From NCBI GenBank assembly GCA_051294905.1, contig CM119373.1:19344001-19408000 (forward strand): a DNA stretch of 64,000 nucleotides, given 5' to 3'. Both the position numbers and the translations under genes were made by a program. The notes under the pieces were generated by a model. It was not told the origin of the DNA, ran no database searches, and worked only from the letters and a program-made list of their open reading frames with translations. The DNA comes from Botryllus schlosseri. Lineage: Eukaryota. Positions 41,074 to 53,785 of this stretch are shown in pieces (the first letter of the stretch is position 1; the number at the start of each line of letters is the position of its first letter).

Positions 41074-41918
41074 GATCTTCCCATAGGTAATGATTACTTG
41101 ATAGCAGTGCCTCTATGGAGTGCCGATCCTGCTCCAATCCTGCCGAAGTGCTTTTTAATTACTTAACATTTCTCTCATGCGTTTGGAGAAGGTGAATCAT
41201 CATAATCAACTCTTCCAAAAGATTGCTACCTATTTCAAATTTTAAAACTGTCTTCTAGGCAAGATAATAGTGCCTTGTAGTTGTTGATTAGTCTGATAGC
41301 AAAATGTAGTACCGTACTCCACCATCGAATACTTCGCTCACTGCATGCCCTATCCGGGTATAAATCATTAAGTATGCATGTTAATAGTTTGTGACCATAT
41401 TTTGTCAACGTAGTACGATTTTATCCCCCTATATGTTCATTACTTCGCATTGTGTATCTTGTATATCGCATTGTACACTGTGTGCGTGTCTTGGGCAGAT
41501 GAAAATATGATCTGACTGTTATTGAATTATTATTGTCAGGCTGAGGAAATTTGGATATTCCTATCTTAGCCGGAATAAGATCCAAAATCCTTTTCGAATC
41601 ATTCATGTAACCAGGGCCAACTCTTTGTTGTGACTGACACTGACATATACGCAAATAATAACTGTCGACATTTTCTGAATCCAAATACAATTTAACGAAT
41701 GAAACTCTTGGAGGTACAAATCGTCAGTATGAAATTGAATAATATATTCATTGAGATAAGCCTGAATATCAGGGGTAATTGTCAGCAACTAGTAGAGAAT
41801 TGAAACGAACATTATATTTTTCAACTGTCTTATCACCAAATATGACATCGCCAGTGTGAATTTTGTGTAAATTTTGATTTTAACCAATTTCAGATTTTAA
41901 AAAGTAAGAACACTTGTA

Positions 41919-42563
41919 ATGTCCGCAGTTCGCGCAACAGTGTGGGGCGCCAAAGGCTTCACGTCGCGTACGCGACCGAGCGGTTTCTTACGCTCTGTGT
42001 TACAAAATGGAACCGGACGGTATGTCCAGCAGCTACAAAGAATAACGCTGAGATTCTGCCAGAAGTCGCCGGACAGCAAACAAACCCGCGACTTTGTGCA
42101 GAACAAAATGGTTGATTTTGCCAAAGATAATCCAGGTGTCGTAGTGTACGTGACTCCGGAAACAGAAGCAGAACCGAAGATTTGCGCTGAATTTTTGAAC
42201 GGCCGCTCGGAAATCGTGCCTCTATCTAAACTAACCGAGGACGAAATACAAGAGAAAATAGTCCAGCTGCGAGATCGGTCAGGTCTGGAGATTATGCGAC
42301 GTCGTAAAACCATACACACCGACTTCCCCTCGATACAAGGAGAGTGGACGCCGTTTACGAATAAGAGAGACTACACCGTTAAATACTATCCGAAATGCGC
42401 GGTGTCTCCGAAAGACGCCTGGGACTTTCTCGAATCGCCGTGGAAACCGTACTACCGCCAACACGAGTTGAACAAACTCGAAAACCGGCAAAGACTTACT
42501 GTGGATGAAAAGGCAGATTTGCCTTTGGGGAAATGGGGCCCCATTTTAAAACCGTGGTACTAA
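41919..42563 (+). CDS. MRPL43: Mitochondrial large-subunit ribosomal protein mL43, single coding exon
   Basis: Motifs SVLQNGTGRYVQQLQRI, DFAKDNPGVVVYV, AEFLNG and HTDFPSIQGEWTPFTN match MRPL43; uninterrupted 214-aa frame. Confidence 0.93.
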   Translation: MSAVRATVWGAKGFTSRTRPSGFLRSVLQNGTGRYVQQLQRITLRFCQKSPDSKQTRDFVQNKMVDFAKDNPGVVVYVTPETEAEPKICAEFLNGRSEIVPLSKLTEDEIQEKIVQLRDRSGLEIMRRRKTIHTDFPSIQGEWTPFTNKRDYTVKYYPKCAVSPKDAWDFLESPWKPYYRQHELNKLENRQRLTVDEKADLPLGKWGPILKPWY

Positions 42564-44837
42564 GTTTGAGTGTATTTGGTTGATTCGAGTGTTTGAATCG
42601 AGTGGTAATAGTTATTATGCGAGTTACAGTAATGTGAGACGATATTTTTGAGGACTGAAATTATCAGGGTTGGTCAGAAAGGAAGTGCGTCCACTTTTTC
42701 GGAGTAGGCTTACTTGAGCCTGATTTGCCGCTACTTGAATAGGTAGTATTTTAGACTACTTTTAACATCTACTTGTTTCGCAGTCAACCGCTTCTGGAAA
42801 TTATAGGCCCCTTTCCACAAAGAGTAATGTTAACGAGAATTATAGTCTCGCCACTGTTTCCCTACCGCGTAAGGTTTGAAACCTTGCATACTCATTTTTT
42901 AGCATCGTAAACATGTAGTAGGCCTACAAAGCTACTCACGTTAGTGCAGTGGATCCCCCCTGGGCAGCAAATCAGGTATAAATGCACCCTAACCCCCTCA
43001 AACTCCAACAAACATATTTTTGGTTCATTGCACAGTCACCACTATATCATGTCTATGGCTTTCTGTGTTAGTCTAATTTTAATGGCAGCCCGATGTACGT
43101 TATGTACACTGTGTCAGACTCATATCTTTGTAAGAACTCTAGTACAGACACAGTCATTGAATTCAAGCGTACAAGGAAAGTCCTCCAAATCTTCGTACTT
43201 CGTTATGGTGTTATATGTGCCTGAAACTTCTTAGTCCTTGTTGTACATGCGTTTGAATGTGTGTCTTAACCTTGCGTTCGTTAAGTATCACTGATTAATC
43301 ATTCTATTCTTTGTTTGATTGATTGTCTGGTTAGTTAAAAAACTCAATGTTGCATAACCATGAACGCAAGCGGAGAGCTCTGGTGACGATTTTCGATGGT
43401 TGTACCTTGTACGACCGCGAACGACGTAACCACATATTCATAAATCTGACTTTGCTGAACAGACAGAGCTATATATTCTCAAACTGTTTCTCGTCATCCA
43501 TGACGTTTTAATATTTTTGCTGTGGTTGATAATTTGCATTGTCTTGTTTGTGATCTCATTTGAGCTTTTATAATCATATATAGGCCTACTCTTATGACAT
43601 CAAAATGACTGATACTCCATTAGTCGTCTCGATGCCTGATTCTCGATTCCGAATCGAATCACTCCCACTCGATATCGGCCTACTCTAATGATATATCGAA
43701 TTATTGGTGCTCTAGCCTCGGATTAAAATTTACAGTGTCGGATGACATGTAGAACAGTTGGTAAGCCCTATATTTTTGAATTGAGGGATTGATTTTCCAA
43801 AGCAGATTGAAATAATTTAAAAAAATTGTAAATAGGGTATTTCGTATTCGTATACACTGGAACCTTCAAAATAGGAAAAATTGTCTTTATTCCACTTTGA
43901 ACATGGTAAATCCGATCACATATTGCATATCCCTCACCCACGCTGCTTTTAGTTCTGCGGATAATCTGACCATTGTGGTTGCCTTATCTCAATCATGTTT
44001 TTCGACATGGGATTGATACTAGTAAGGTAGTACCGGTAACTGTTATGATGCTTGAATATTTTTCGTGTTTGTGTGATAGTTGATATTCCGGTAGCCCGTC
44101 TGACACCAGTAGAATGCAATTTCTGGTTGTGTAACTGCACATGTGCTGAGAAATGTAATTTGATCCCCACAATGACTCATTTCTAAGGCGTATGTTATGT
44201 AGAGAGGTGGTCATGTTGGAAAAATTTACTGCATTTTTATTTGGCGTGAATATTAAGATAGAATCAGCTTATGCCTCTACCTAATTCCATAAGACAGATC
44301 CTATTGAACTGCAGAATTAATTTCCGATAGCATTTTTCATGCTTAGTCTTGGTCCCGGGACACCTTGTGGCTAATGCTATGTAAAGTAGTGAATAGTTTT
44401 GAATTATCATTCCATCATATTTGTTAGTGGAATTGTAGCAACCTGTTGAAAAAGCCCCTGTATCAATATCACGTAATACAATTTTGGAAATACTACCAAT
44501 TTGTAGTTGCGTTGGTCATTTTATGTTAGTCACAAATATGTAGTCTGCAATTGCGAAAGTAGCCACCTTAGATCTGCTACTAAGAGTATGAACGTCTCTA
44601 CCAAATCTGCTTTTTGAAACACGTTACTTTCATATCGTCATTTTCTACTACCACCCAGCTACATGTTGCGTGATGTGACAGCAGACTGCAGCTGTTGTAC
44701 TCGCAAGCTATTTTCGCATTTGCAGTATCCCTGTCATGACTGATTGTTTGAATGACCAACTCTGTCAAGCTTGAAAATGTGTGTTCATTGCAGAATCACC
44801 AGGAATTATCATTATTAATTACGTGTAATTTCTTGAG

Positions 44838-45667
44838 ATGGCACAGGCTGTGCGTGTCAATGTATCCGAGCATGCGACAAAAATACTGTCGGAATTGCAA
44901 CGGATGCGCCAAGGCTGTAATCATTGTGATTTTGTAATAAAAGTTGAAAATGATGTTTACCGCACCCACAAAAATGTTTTGTCCGCGGGCTCGGAGTATT
45001 TCCGAGCCGTGCTTGAGCATGACACTAAAGAGAGTCGGGACGGGGTGATCACTTTTAAAGACGTGGATTCCGAATGTGTGAAGAACTGTGTAGACTTCAT
45101 TTATTCTGGGGAATTTGAAATCCCGAACGGAAAGATGAAGGACCTTCTACATGTAGGAATCATGTTGCAATTGGACGGACTAAAAACAGCCACAGCTGAA
45201 ATATTGGCAGAATCGATAAATGTGGGAAATTACTATTGGACGACAAATATCGCAGATATGTATGCATTGGTCGATGTCTTGACAAAATGCCAACGTTTTT
45301 TCGAAGAAAACCTAATGGAAATCGCAAACCAGCCCGAATTTGGAAATATGCCACTATCCAAACTTGACGACTTTCTGCTGGCTGACATTTGCAAATATTC
45401 AGAAGAAGAAAAACTGACCATATTACTCCGGTGGGGTGAGAAAAACGCCAAAGCGAACAGCAATTTGCTCGAATCACTTCGGCGTTTCAAGTTGGAAACA
45501 GTCTCGTCCACGTTTTTGATTAATCTTCTCAAAGCCGACCCAGTTGTGAGCACCGACATGACGATATACAAGTTCTTCAATGTTCACCTTATCGAGAGTT
45601 TGGAAAAAAAGGTCAAAATTAATGAAGGATCGATCAGTCAAGAATTGAAACCGATCGGTATGAATAG
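44838..45667 (+). CDS. BTB-BACK coding exon 1, clade C
   Basis: Open frame, 830 nt to the donor AG|GTAAGC (phase 2). Confidence 0.9.
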
Positions 45668-45705
45668 GTAAGCACAAAAAAATCTTTTAAATGGATACCA
45701 TAGGA

Positions 45706-46517
45706 CAGGGGTGGGCAAACTTTTGAGCTCGCGGGCCGCATTCAACATCTGAATCCATTCGCGGGCCGCACCAAAACGCAATATTGGTATTTGATCATAT
45801 ATGAAGGACATGGCTCTTATATATATGCTTATTTAAAACAAACCAAACATTGCTTTGACGCGTCAGAAACAGTGGCGAGATTGTATAATCTGGTCGACCT
45901 CAATAACCAATGTGTCAAAACTATAGTGATGAAAGTCGGTTGTCCCGATTCTTAGAACAGGATTGAAATTTAAATCTATGAGCAGCGAACTGTTTATAGA
46001 TTTACTAATTCAACTTTTGGTTTAGTTCCAGGACACATAATGCTGACAGCATCATAACCATGTTAGCAACAAACACGCTTCTACTGTGGGTGGATAAAAT
46101 ATAAATACCCTAATTTTACGCATACAGAGATAGAATCGGATAGTTTGATGGTATGAGAGATGACGACTGTGGATGAGAGATTTTTGAATATGAAATTCAT
46201 ACTGAATACAAAGCAATTACTGAAGATTAGATGTAAATCGCGCGGAGCGCGAAAACAATTTCATTCCAGCTCAGCTTCGCGGCCCCCTTCAGATGCTTTC
46301 ACGACCCAATGTTGGGGGGAGGGAGGCGAGCCCCCAGTTTGAGAATAACTGCCTTAGAATCATCATGTTGAAATATACTAATAAAAAGTTGCATTAATTC
46401 GATTTTTAGTAATCATTTTATCAATATTTTTAACAAGTTTCTTTTCACTCTCGCGGGCCGCACAAAACGGTGTTGCGGGCCGCATGCGGCCCGCGGGCCG
46501 TAGTTTGCCCACCCCTG
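45706..46517. mobile_element. hAT-type MITE, 812 bp
   Basis: TIR CAGGGGTGGGCAAAC ... GTTTGCCCACCCCTG; exact TSD CCATAGGA. Confidence 0.92.
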
Positions 46518-47004
46518 CCATAGGACCTTAGAGGAAATCTCATGGAAAAACTTGTGTTAGTTACAAGAAATGAGAAGGCAAAAAGTTATATTACAGTTAA
46601 TTGGTTATTTAAAAATGAAGTTGACTCACTTTCTCTACAAGTGAATTATTGTCCGGCCATCTTTGTTACATGCTACATGTTACATGCACGGAGGTTTATC
46701 TGGGCTCCTCTTCCCCTGCCATTGCCGTTCTTACGGCGACAAAAAAGCCCAGAAAAAGACCCGACGAAAGAAAGCACTCACAATGAATGGAAAAGAACTA
46801 GTAGAAAGGGCCGCGGCTTCAAAACAGATCAACATCGATAAAGAACTGTGACATCGGGCACTCTAGGCCGAGGTGGATGTTAGAGTAAAGGATCGCTACT
46901 GATGCGTGTCGTTCTACATCCTCCTATCTGTTCATGACATCGCATTGTGTCTTATCGCATTGTACATTGTGTGTGACTTGTTCAGATAAAAATATAACCC
47001 AACC

Positions 47005-47032
47005 ATGTTATGTTATGTTATGTTATGTTATG
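47005..47032. repeat. (ATGTT)n microsatellite
   Basis: Five perfect units plus a partial unit. Confidence 0.9.
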
Positions 47033-47754
47033 CTGTCGAGTGCTTGGATTCACAATCGATTTAGGTGGAAGTAGTTGATTTTATAATTCTCCGATTTCCA
47101 AAGCGAGTTCGATAAGACCAAAAATTTCACGATTGAAATGATTTGTACTGTCGATATCCACTAAAAAGCTGGATACTGTCCGAGGTTCTCAAACTTTTTT
47201 AGACACACTCCCTTTCATGATAGTGAAAAATTTTGTGCCCCCTTATCGTCATTTCACAAAATGTAACCAGAATACTAGCACTTCCAACGGATAGTTTGAT
47301 GGTATGGAAGGTTATGACTGTTGATGACAGAATTCACGAATATGAAATTCGGACTGTACACAGAGCAATAACTATGAATTGGTGGTAAATCGCACTGAAA
47401 TACGAAAAATATTTTTATGTGACGGCAGCTTCGCGCCCCCTTCAGATGCTTTCACACCCGCCCCCGTGTTTGAGATCCACTAGTCTAAACTGTGCGTAGT
47501 ATTCATATTGTGTGATTGAAAAATTACAACAGGCATGCTTTTGTTGGTTGTCGTATAAAAGGTAGAATATCGAATTAGTTGTTGCATATTGTTGCATGTT
47601 ACACTGCTTCAACGGATAGTGCTTGAAAACTGGTCACAAACACTAGTTGCAGTTAATGAATCAAATCAGTCTGATAGTCGCTTCTGCTCAGCCCTCCGGT
47701 AAGTAAGATACCCGAATTATGTCAACCTAATCCATTCTTTTGCTCAAAATATAG

Positions 47755-49246
47755 GAGCGATACTGGAAGGAATGTGAAAGTTGAGGATAAGCGTTCCATT
47801 TTCAGGGAACCGGGAAACGAGTCTGGAAGCAACTCACAACACCGACTCGGATTCGCTTCAGTTTCATTTCAAAAGCAGGGAAACATTGCATGGTATCAAA
47901 TACAAGATGGTAGGAAGAGCATAAGCGGTGAAGATTCCAAAGCTCCAAGTTCATCTGGTGTACTTGGTAATGACACGGCACGTAATTCTAGCTTCTTATT
48001 GTCCCTGGGTCAAAGCTCATCTGGTTTACCTAGTAAAGGCAAAGCAAGTGGTGGCTTTGTCTTCTCAAGCTCATTTGGTGCACCAGGTAAAGACAATTCT
48101 AGTGATTCCAACCCCTTTTCGTACCCACGTCAAAGCTCATCTGATGTACCTAGTAAGGACAAAGCAAGTGGTGGCTTTGTCTTCTCAAACTCATTTGGTG
48201 CACCAAGTAAAGACAATTCAAGCGATTCCAACCCCTTTTCGTACCTCCCTCAAAGCTCATCTGGTGTACCTAGTACAGGTGAAGCAAGTAGTGCCGGTCC
48301 TGTCTTCCCAAGCTCATTTCGTGTGCCTGGTAAAGACGCGGCAAGGGATTCCAGCTCCTTTTTGTCCAAAAGTAAAAGCTCAACTGGTGTACCTAGTAAT
48401 GGTAAACCAAGTGGTGTCGGCCTTGTCTTCTCTAGCTCATTTGGTGCGCCTGGTAAAGTTGCATCAAGTGATTCCAGCTCCTTTTCGTCCAAAAGTAAAA
48501 GCTCATCTGCTGTACCTAGTAAAGGCAAAGAAAGTGGTGTCGGTCCTGTCTTCCCAAGCTCAATTTGTGGATGTAAAGTTGCAGCAAGGGATTCTAGCTC
48601 CTTTTTGTCCCAAAGTAAAAGCTCATCTGGTGTACCTAGTAATGGTAAACCAAGAAGTGTCGGCCCTGTCTTTTCTAGCTCATTTGGTGCGCCTGGTAAA
48701 CACACATCAAGTGATTCCAGCTCCTTTTCGTCCAAAAGTAAAAGCTCATCTTGTGTACCTAGTAAAGGCAAAGCAAGTGGTGCCGGCCCTGTCTCTCCGA
48801 GCTTATTTGGTGGGCCTGGTAAAGACACAGGTCCCTTTTTGTCCAAAAGTAAAAGCTCATCCGGTGTACCTAATAAAGGCAAAGCAAGTGGTGTCGGCTT
48901 TGACTTCTCGAGATCATTTGGTGCGCTTGGTAAAGACCCAGCAAGTTATTCCAGCTCCTTTTCGTCCAAAACTAAAAGCTCATCCGGTGTACTTAGTAAA
49001 GGCAAAGCAAGTGGTCGCTTTGTCTTCCATAGCTCATTTGGTGCGCCTGGTACAGACACAGCAAGCGATTCCAGCTTCTCTGGTGTACCTAGTAAAGGCA
49101 AATCAAGTGACGTCGGCCCTGTCTTCCCGAGCTCATTTTGTACGTCTGGTAAAGACACAGTAAGTGATTCCAGTTTTTCATTGTCCCAAAGCTCATCTGC
49201 TGCACATGGTAGAGACAAAGCAAGCGATTCCAGCTTCATACCCTAA
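47755..49246 (+). CDS. Coding exon 2: Ser/Gly/Lys-rich tandem-repeat tail; predicted 773-aa product with 44838-45667
   Basis: Acceptor AAAATATAG|G at 47754/47755, phase 2, in frame with ORF 47774-49246. The 5' end is homologous to exons 25035 and 56491. AATAAA at 49476. Confidence 0.75.
48010..49200 (+). repeat. Coding minisatellite, about 10 units of 33-41 codons (about 120 bp)
   Basis: Unit consensus SSGVPSKGKASGVGPVFSSSFGAPGKDxxSDSSSFxSKSK; all unit-length changes preserve the frame. Confidence 0.9.
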
Positions 49247-50866
49247 AGTCGAAGTTTATCTGGTGCGCGTGGTAAAGTCCCTGAGAGCGTGTTCACTGTT
49301 CATAGCCGGACATTCCCAAGGTCATATTTGAATGTTAAATTTTAGCAAGTTTCCAGTTGATGTTTAGCTCGACCACATTACAATAGCTGTGTACGGCAGT
49401 TCCTCTTCAATCTTTTTTTGAAGTGGTACACTCTCTATAGTATTTGCTGTAGATCAAACACTCTGTTAGATGCTGAATAAAAACAGGTCACCAGGCCCGC
49501 CGGTTACGGTCTTTGCCAGAAGCTGATTAAGTCTGCCAGCTTCACGCGCAGTATATAAACCACTGTTTTATAGTGTTGTGTTTCTCATACTGCCTTGTCT
49601 GCCCTTTCGTACCGGTGCACCGTGCACACCGGTTGGAGAGCACTTGTATATGGTTCTTGTTGGGAAATTTCGGACAGGGTAAGGTAAGCCTTGATGTTGA
49701 ATAATAAGAAGCAGTGCTTTCGTAAATCGACGAAAATCTCTTCAAGCAGGGGATTCTGTGATTGTAATTTCTTTTAATTTGCTTCAGATCAGTTTTTGAA
49801 CATTGAAGATTTCCATTGCTATTTCATTTGTTAATATTATTAATCAGATCACATTCATTGTGGTATTGTGGCTATGTAGTTACGGTTATTTGTAATGTAC
49901 CATGTATTTTTTTTTTTTTTACTAATGTTGTTAATACTATGGCTTGCTCTCCTATTAAACATATTTGGTATCATGACATCACACGGGTGAAAATTCCTAT
50001 ATTTCCAATATATTTCATTGTACTGCCGACGTTCACTACTAATGAGAGTCAAGTCGAAAGCTTTTCGTGAATAAATTAGCAATTTGAAGTTATTGTTTCG
50101 TGTAACGTTTTGATAGTTGTTATTTTGTGTATCTTTCGATGCTAATGATTCTTTGGAAGCAGTGGTTCCAGGGATATCTAGCCGCTAGACCAGGGGTTCC
50201 CACCCACGGGCCATGAGCCTTTTTCAGGGGACATGAAAAAATGTGTAAAATGACAATTTGTTCGATTTATCGTCTCTAGTTCTACTCTACTATAATTGTA
50301 CAGACCTGTTTATAAATGTTTCCGAAGGTTTGAGAATAATATGGGGTCATTGAGGCTTTGAAAGCTTCAATGTGGCCACGGTGAAAAAAAAACCGTCGGG
50401 AACCCCTCAGGCAGAAAATAACAATAAATGTAATTGGAAATGTGAAGAGATTCCAAACTGGACAATATATAGGCCTATTGCAGTAGTACTACGAACATTT
50501 GTTTTGGTTGCAGCGATCTGAATTATTTTTATATTAGGTCTGGAACCACTGCTTTCAAAAGTGCCATTCTGTCATTGTGAAACGTTACTCTAAAATATAT
50601 CTGATATCCATGTGTGGGTAAGCATCAGCGATATATAGAACTATTCATGGTACGCCTGAACCAAGTTTCTTTTCTGACAGGTGCTATTTAAAGTAGAGAA
50701 TGGAATTTACCGAGCCCCTTCAAGGAATATGTGCTTATGAGAGCTTTCTCAGTTCATACTGCGTCTTGAAAGAACATTTGAGAAAGATTTGGTGGAGAAC
50801 GTATACGGTACAAGGAAAGTGCCCGAGAACAAGGAGATCATGAACATATTCACTGTAACTTCAGAC

Positions 50867-51690
50867 CAGTGGTTCTCAAACTGGGGGCCGTGAAAAATCA
50901 TCTGAATGGGGGCGCGAAGTCGGCTGAGAGAAGTGAAGTTTCTTGAACTCGGAATTAGTTTAATATGTGCTGAAACTTCCAAGTTGAAACAACAGGTATA
51001 ATCCCGATTATACTACAACTTTAAATGACATAGTAAAGTCGTATGATCCATAAAACAACACAAGGCTACCAAAGAAATATATCAGGGTAACTGAATTTGC
51101 CCAAAAATAATTGCTCATTATCAAAAATTACAAAAGAATTAGAGGCATGGTCCCTTTCCCCCTCTGGCTGATAAATATACCACAAGAAATTAGTTCGTCA
51201 CTTTCCGTTTTCGCAATATTATACCAAGTTTAGCATGTTTTTTCTGTTTTGGGTAACTCTTCACTAAAAATAAAGTATGTTCACTTGCGAGCTCTTTGAC
51301 TTGAAGAGATGACGTTGGAATGTTTTGTCTGTATATGAAAAATGTGGACTTGAATATAAGATAAATACTTTCACTAGAGGTCTCGCTGTGATAGATTCGG
51401 CACAACTTTGGCTTCTCAGTAAAAATTTGATTGAGAGTCCGTCGTGGACCTAACAAAATTATCTCGCGAACTGCACCTTTAGCACATCTGAACTAGTTTA
51501 AAAATAAGGAGAAATTTGTAGGCAAAGAAGAATATGAAGTAGCATTTGAACTTACTTCCAGCAAGAAAACAGCCAACAGGAACATAGGCCTACGTTCGGA
51601 AATAACTACTTGACAGTTCGGACATGAAAAATTTGGTAAATCCGTTAGAATTCTGAAGCAAAATCCCCCCCCTCCAGTTGGGAACCACTC
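50867..51690. mobile_element. Degenerate hAT-like MITE
   Basis: CAGTGGTTCTCAAACTGG ... CCAGTTGGGAACCACTC ends; no convincing TSD. Confidence 0.4.
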
Positions 51691-52329
51691 ACCTAAATGG
51701 TTTTGTTTTTAGGCTATTCTTCCCTTTCTACTTGACAGATGGTTGGGAAAACTTCTTCCTCTTTAAACTTTTGATTTGTGAAGCAGTGTTGGGATTACAC
51801 GATCATGACTTCACTCTGGTCAACTATCTCGCATGACCTGACTTTCCTATCTTAGCCTGAATCAGATCCAAAATTCAGTTCTAATCAATCGTGAATGGAA
51901 GCCACACTATGATTGTGACTGATACTTATGCCAAAGTAATGTGACAATTGTAGATGAATCCAAATCCACTTTGTGAATGTATTTATTACCCAATTTCCTT
52001 TCAAATCCAATCAAATGCTTCAAGTTTTTTTTCTAAAACCCAAACCATCTCCAGTAAGCCTATCATTGCATATGCTGTGTGCAAATTTTGTGTAGAGACT
52101 CTGGCGGCACAAAACTTCAGTGTGCAACTGATTAATATATTGATATTGAGATACACTCGAATATTTTCAGCGGGCACTAATCTCGGGAAATTATCAGAAA
52201 CTAATAGAGGATTGAAAAGAATATTGTATATCAACAGTCGTATCACCAAATATGACGTCGCCGGCATGAATTTTGTGTAAGTTTTGATTTTTCACCAATT
52301 TTAGATTGTAAAAGCTAAGAACACTTGCA

Positions 52330-52920
52330 ATGTCCGCAGAGCGCCAACAGTGTAGGGTGCCAAAGGCTTAACGGCACAGGACGCTATGTCCAGCAGCTAC
52401 AAAGAATAACGCTGAGATTCTGCCAGAAATCGCCGGACAGCAACCAAACCCAAGACTTCGTGCTGAACAAAATGGTTGATTTGATTTTGCCAAAAACGAT
52501 CCAGACGTCATAGTGTACGTGGCCCCGGAAACGGAATGTTAATCGAAGATATGCGCCAAAGTTTTAAATGGTTGCTTGGAAATCTTGTCAATATCCAAAC
52601 TAACTGAGGACGAAATACAAGAGAAAATAGTCCAGCTGCGAGATCGGTCAAGTCTGGAGATTATGCGGCTTCGCAAAATCAAAAATACCGACTTCCCCTT
52701 GATACAATGAGAGTGGACACCGTTTACAAATAAGAGAGACTGCACCGTTAAATTCTATCTGAAATGCACGGTGTCCTCGAAAGACGCCTGGGACTTTCTC
52801 GAATCGCCGTGGAAACCATACTACCACCAACGCGATTTGAGCAAACTCGAAAACAGGTCGCGACTTACTATGGAAGAAAAGGCAGTGGGGTCCTATATTG
52901 AAGCCATAGTAGGCTACTAA
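52330..52920 (+). pseudogene. MRPL43: MRPL43 duplicated pseudogene
   Basis: Colinear with 41919-42563 including upstream flank. About 50-nt deletion after AAAGGCTT, frameshifting insertion near 52480, GGA to TGA in the SIQGEW motif. Confidence 0.9.
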
Positions 52921-53011
52921 GTTTGACTGTGTTTCTGCTGGATGACTGTGATGCTTCAAGTGCTTTAATCCGAATCGAATGTTAATTGCAATGATTCGCG
53001 TTGGCTTAGGC

Positions 53012-53785
53012 CAGGGGTGGGCAAACTTTTGAGCTCGCGGGCCGCACTCAACATCTGAATCCATTCGCGGGCCGCACTATATAAAATTGGGATTATAAAC
53101 CAAGACGCAATATTGGTATTTGATTATATGGTGAGGACATGGAGATAATAGTTATCAACCGAAATAATTCGAACTTTAGTGGCCAATCTGAAATCACACT
53201 CGTGATCCGAATTATGTCGAATTATCTCATTTAGGATTCCTGTGATGTTTAGCAGTTGAAACCTTTCAAACAGTGTAGGCCTTGAGAGCGGGCTGTCTAG
53301 CCAGAAATTAAACATGAAAAAATAACATTGAAAGTATTTACGTTGGAACTGTGGTTCCCAGACTTTTTAAGACATGCCCCCCCCCCCTCCCCTGATGATG
53401 GTGAAAGATCGTCATTTCACAAAAGGTAACCAGGATGCTAGCCAACCTATCGGATAGTTTGATGACATGGAAGGTTATGACTATGGGTGAGAGATTTTTA
53501 AACATGGAATCGAGACTAAATACAGAGAAATAATGATTAGCTGGGTGTGAGATCAGCTTCACGCCCACAAGGGGGGGGGGATCGGCCCCCAGTTTGAGAA
53601 CCACTGCCTTAGAATTATCATGGTGAAATATACGAAGAAAAAGTTTAATCAAGCCGCTGCATTATTTCGATTTTTAGTACGCATTTTATCAATATTTTTA
53701 ATAAGTTACTTTAGACTCTCGTGGGCCGCATAGATCGGTGTTGTGGGTCGCATGCGCCCTGCGGGCCGTAGTTTGCCCGTCCCTG
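53012..53785. mobile_element. hAT-type MITE of the same family as 45706-46517
   Basis: Same TIR (CAGGGGTGGGCAAAC) and subterminal GCGGGCCGCA motifs; TSD GCTTAGGC/GCTTAAGC (7/8). Confidence 0.85.
53349..53606. mobile_element. Small MITE nested in 53012-53785
   Basis: Ends CTGTGGTTCCCAGAC ... GTTTGAGAACCACTG; flanks CGTTGGAA/CCTTAGAA (6/8). Related sequence near 46130-46350 and 47205-47485. Confidence 0.55.

Noticed and set aside
47928-49163. 411-aa overlapping + strand ORF and minus-strand ORFs 48250-48882 and 48946-49239
   Set aside because: They are shadows of the coding minisatellite: a repeat unit lacking a stop in one frame propagates a long ORF. Only the Ser-rich frame matches the phase-2 acceptor.
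50160-50551. CAGTGGTTCCAG ... CTGGAACCACTG element with a nested CAGGGGTTCCC segment
   Set aside because: Probably MITE remnants, but there is no matching TSD and the boundaries are too uncertain to report.
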